DNA of 64,000 bases from Planctomycetota bacterium. GTDB lineage: Bacteria; Planctomycetota; UBA8108; SXIK01. A model generated the notes under the pieces. The model was given only the letters and a program-made list of their open reading frames with translations, made no database searches and was not told the DNA's origin. Both the position numbers and the translations under genes were made by a program. This document shows, piece after piece, positions 61,319 to 64,000 of this stretch. The number at the start of each line of letters is the position of its first letter. The first letter of the stretch is position 1. The DNA is taken from assembly GCA_965223265.1 (NCBI GenBank), contig OZ244999.1, forward strand, positions 2,336,001-2,400,000. The letters are read 5' to 3'.

Positions 61319-62005
61319 CTACGGTGCGTCAAAGCCGCCGATGACGATCCATGACTTCACGAGGCCGCAGAATCGTTCCGGGACGATGCGGGCGGCGGGG
61401 AACGCCTCGGCAAGTTCGCGACGTTTCATGAGGCGCACTTCACGGACGGCGGCCTGGGCGTCGGCAAGATCTGGACATGGGCCGCGCCAACCGCAGCGTC
61501 GGCGGCGGATGAGCGCCACACGCGTAGACTCTGGCAGCCACTGCCACCCAGGCATATGAAAGTGAGGCTCTACAGGGAACCAGTAGTTCGGAGTCTGCAC
61601 CCAGTAGGATTTGGCGACGCGCGTCACCTCGCGTGCCATCGCGCGCTGGTTTTCGAGGGTGAAGAGATGCTCGATCACCGAATTGCTGAACGCTATGTCG
61701 AAGCTGGAATCCGAGAATTCAGCGAGGTTGGTCGCGTCGCCCTTGGCGGGCTGGATGTTGTCGTGTTTGGATTCTTCCAGCTCGAGATTGACCAGGGTGA
61801 TTTGATAGTCACTGTGGCCAGCCCAGCCGCGTTGTTCCCAGAAGGAGTTCGTACCACCGATGTCGAGGATTCGAAGCGGTTTTGCGAGCGGCCGGACCAA
61901 CTCTTCGAACATTTGAAACCGCTTGGATCGCAGCCGATTGCCCAGCGACTTAGGATCATGCGAATCTGCGAACCGCCGCAAGTTCACCATAAGATTTTCG
62001 ACCAT
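61319..62005 (-). CDS. Class I SAM-dependent methyltransferase
   Basis: ILDIGG, GDATNL, FDIAFSNSVIEH and QTPNYWFPVEPH. Confidence 0.88.
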   Translation of the reverse strand: MVENLMVNLRRFADSHDPKSLGNRLRSKRFQMFEELVRPLAKPLRILDIGGTNSFWEQRGWAGHSDYQITLVNLELEESKHDNIQPAKGDATNLAEFSDSSFDIAFSNSVIEHLFTLENQRAMAREVTRVAKSYWVQTPNYWFPVEPHFHMPGWQWLPESTRVALIRRRRCGWRGPCPDLADAQAAVREVRLMKRRELAEAFPAARIVPERFCGLVKSWIVIGGFDAP

Positions 62006-62484
62006 GAAGCTTGTTGATGGTTGCGCCGAGCTGCCGCGGCGTCTCACTCAGTCATCATCGGCAGTCTATGCTTCCAGACTGGTGAAGGCGACACCAATCT
62101 CTCGCCTCGTGGAGGACCTTCCGAAAACCTCTCAGGGTAGCGAGTGTGCCGACATGGCACCTCAGGCGAAGCAACCCCTGAAAAGCCTATCGACCCGGGG
62201 CATCAACGGTTCAAGAGGGGTTGCCGGAACCGCGGACATCGCCGCTGAGCGCCAGAATTTCCTTCACACGCCCGCTTGCCTTTCCGATCTGTGCAAGTAC
62301 ACTCTGGGTTTTCACGGCATCGTACGCTGGGGAATCCTAGACAATCTCATTCGACTTAGGCCGGTTTTTGCGCGCGAGATCCCGCCGCGCGGCCCGTTTG
62401 TGGCCGTCGTCAGCAGAAGCGGATCTGGTGACTTGCGAGACAAGGTCTCCGTAGAAACACAGGCAGCCTCAGGGACCTCCAAGA

Positions 62485-63405
62485 ATGACTCACGTGACGG
62501 CTGACTCGGGACCGTCCGATGCCTCACCAGCGCGCGATCGATTGATCGAGCTTTCCCGTGACCCGGGGCGACTTGCCGGCGACCTCCCGGTGCGCTGCGT
62601 TTTCACCGATCGCTTCGGAAAGAACTGGGAGATTCGTCACGACCCTGACCTCGACCTTGGCGTGACGTTTCCGCGCATTGAGCCTGGCGACCTCGGACCG
62701 TACTACGGTGAGGACTACCACTGCTTTGCCGCTGGACGCGGGCCCGGCTCACTCAATCACAAGGTGCGCGCTGCGATCTATCGACGCCCGACGCTTGGGT
62801 TTTTCAAGAACTTCTTCGACGTCATCATTGACCGTCTTCCACCAGACGGCAGAATTCTCGACTTCGGTTGCGGCAATGCGGATCGCATGCGCTTCTACCG
62901 TGCCCTCGGCATTCAAGAGGTCTACGGGCTTGAGCCAAATGTTGAGCCCAACGATGAATGGGAAAGAGAGGGCATTGTCGTCAAGCGCGACCTCGATGAG
63001 TACGCCGGCTTTGAGTTCGACGCAATCATCCTTTCCCACGTGCTCGAACACCTCTTTGATTTCCAGGCGACTCTTGAACGTCTGCGCACTGTTTGCCGCC
63101 CGAACGCCAAGATCTACATCGCAGTGCCGAACCTCCACTCAACGATCTTTCAAACGATCGGGCCTAACTGGCTCATGCTCGACGCGCCGCGGCATCTTTG
63201 GCACTTTTCGTACAAGTCTCTACGCACGACGCTTGAGGCGAGCGGGTACGAAGTGGTGAAGTTCTACACCAAGCCGGTCTATCCAGCCAACATTGGGGGA
63301 CAGTCTTGGTTGCGAAAGAAGATGCTGATCCTGAAGGCCCTAGCGATTTGGTCCCTGAACCGACAACGAAGCGACGGGATTACGATGGTGGCTCGGGCGT
63401 CCTGA
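62485..63405 (+). CDS. Class I SAM-dependent methyltransferase (polysaccharide-locus type)
   Basis: ILDFGCGNA, FDAIILSHVLEH, IAVPN and DAPRHLWHF. Confidence 0.88.
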   Translation: MTHVTADSGPSDASPARDRLIELSRDPGRLAGDLPVRCVFTDRFGKNWEIRHDPDLDLGVTFPRIEPGDLGPYYGEDYHCFAAGRGPGSLNHKVRAAIYRRPTLGFFKNFFDVIIDRLPPDGRILDFGCGNADRMRFYRALGIQEVYGLEPNVEPNDEWEREGIVVKRDLDEYAGFEFDAIILSHVLEHLFDFQATLERLRTVCRPNAKIYIAVPNLHSTIFQTIGPNWLMLDAPRHLWHFSYKSLRTTLEASGYEVVKFYTKPVYPANIGGQSWLRKKMLILKALAIWSLNRQRSDGITMVARAS

Positions 63406-63504
63406 CCGGAAACGAAGGCACATTCGTAGGGGTGATCTCGCGCGTCAGAGGCGAGACCAGTGCGGGCGTTCACGAGAGATTTTGATGGTGTAGGAGGTCA
63501 GCAC

Positions 63505-64000
63505 ATGCAGGTGCTGTTGACACTGGACTACGAACTTCACGGCAATGGAACCGGGGATCCGTACGACGTGATGGTGGAGCCCACCGATCGCATGTTGGCG
63601 GACTTCGACGAATTCGGCGCCGTGCTGACCATCATGCCGGATGTCCCCGCACTGCTGAAATTTCGTGAGTACGCGGAGTCGACGGGCACCGACCGGTTCT
63701 CCTACGAGAAGATCTGTGAACAACTGCGTAGAGCACTCGGCACTGGGCACGACGTGCAGCTGCACATGCACTCTAGCCGCTTCAATGCGCGGTGGGAAGA
63801 CGAGAGGTGGGTGGGGGATCTCGCGGAGGACAACATCGCGGTGCTGGAGTTGGAGCGGATTTCCGAGATGCTGCGGATTGGTAAGGAATACCTTGAGGAA
63901 CTCCTCACTCCGGTCGACGCAGGTTATCGCTGTACAGCTTTTCGTGCGCCAGCGTGGACTATGCAGCCGTCCAAGAACATGCTGATTGCTCTGGCGGATA
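63505..64000 (+). CDS. Polysaccharide deacetylase-like protein (truncated by the window edge)
   Basis: AGGAGG RBS; MQVLLTLDYELHGNGTG, GHDVQLHMH and AFRAPAW; the frame is open to the end of the window. Confidence 0.8.
   Translation, partial: MQVLLTLDYELHGNGTGDPYDVMVEPTDRMLADFDEFGAVLTIMPDVPALLKFREYAESTGTDRFSYEKICEQLRRALGTGHDVQLHMHSSRFNARWEDERWVGDLAEDNIAVLELERISEMLRIGKEYLEELLTPVDAGYRCTAFRAPAWTMQPSKNMLIALAD

Overview
A GC-rich bacterial window, very probably from a member of the Planctomycetota: it has a PSD1/cytochrome-c gene next to DUF1501, planctomycete-type C-terminal dockerins, a Tat-exported BNR sialidase and a GTAG-type REP. Gene content is mainly carbohydrate-active and secreted proteins, including three very large multi-catalytic fusions and four dockerin-bearing proteins, one of them dockerin-cohesin-dockerin. 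It also carries metY, a nitroreductase, a TrmH methylase, an SPFH pair next to a K+ channel, a divergent dps/oxyR pair, a phosphohexomutase and the start of a surface-polysaccharide region. A decayed accessory island (about 36-48.5 kb) lies downstream of a tRNA-Asp. It contains a Hen1-Pnkp RNA-repair operon whose pnkp is split by an IS4-family element. Mobile DNA is abundant: seven copies of a ~159-bp MITE, two apparently identical IS701-like elements and a non-autonomous derivative of them. The most unusual signals are: (1) a translationally coupled pair made of a BY-kinase-like ParA/MinD-fold membrane protein with a degenerate Walker A and no Tyr cluster, plus a ParB-like/HD-GYP fusion; (2) all three CTCGAG-ended elements are inserted in the same register at the terminus of the unrelated MITE; (3) a cohesin/dockerin set in which two dockerin genes are bracketed by repeats; (4) a modular intergenic mosaic repeat. 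All family assignments come from motif recognition by eye; no database search was run.
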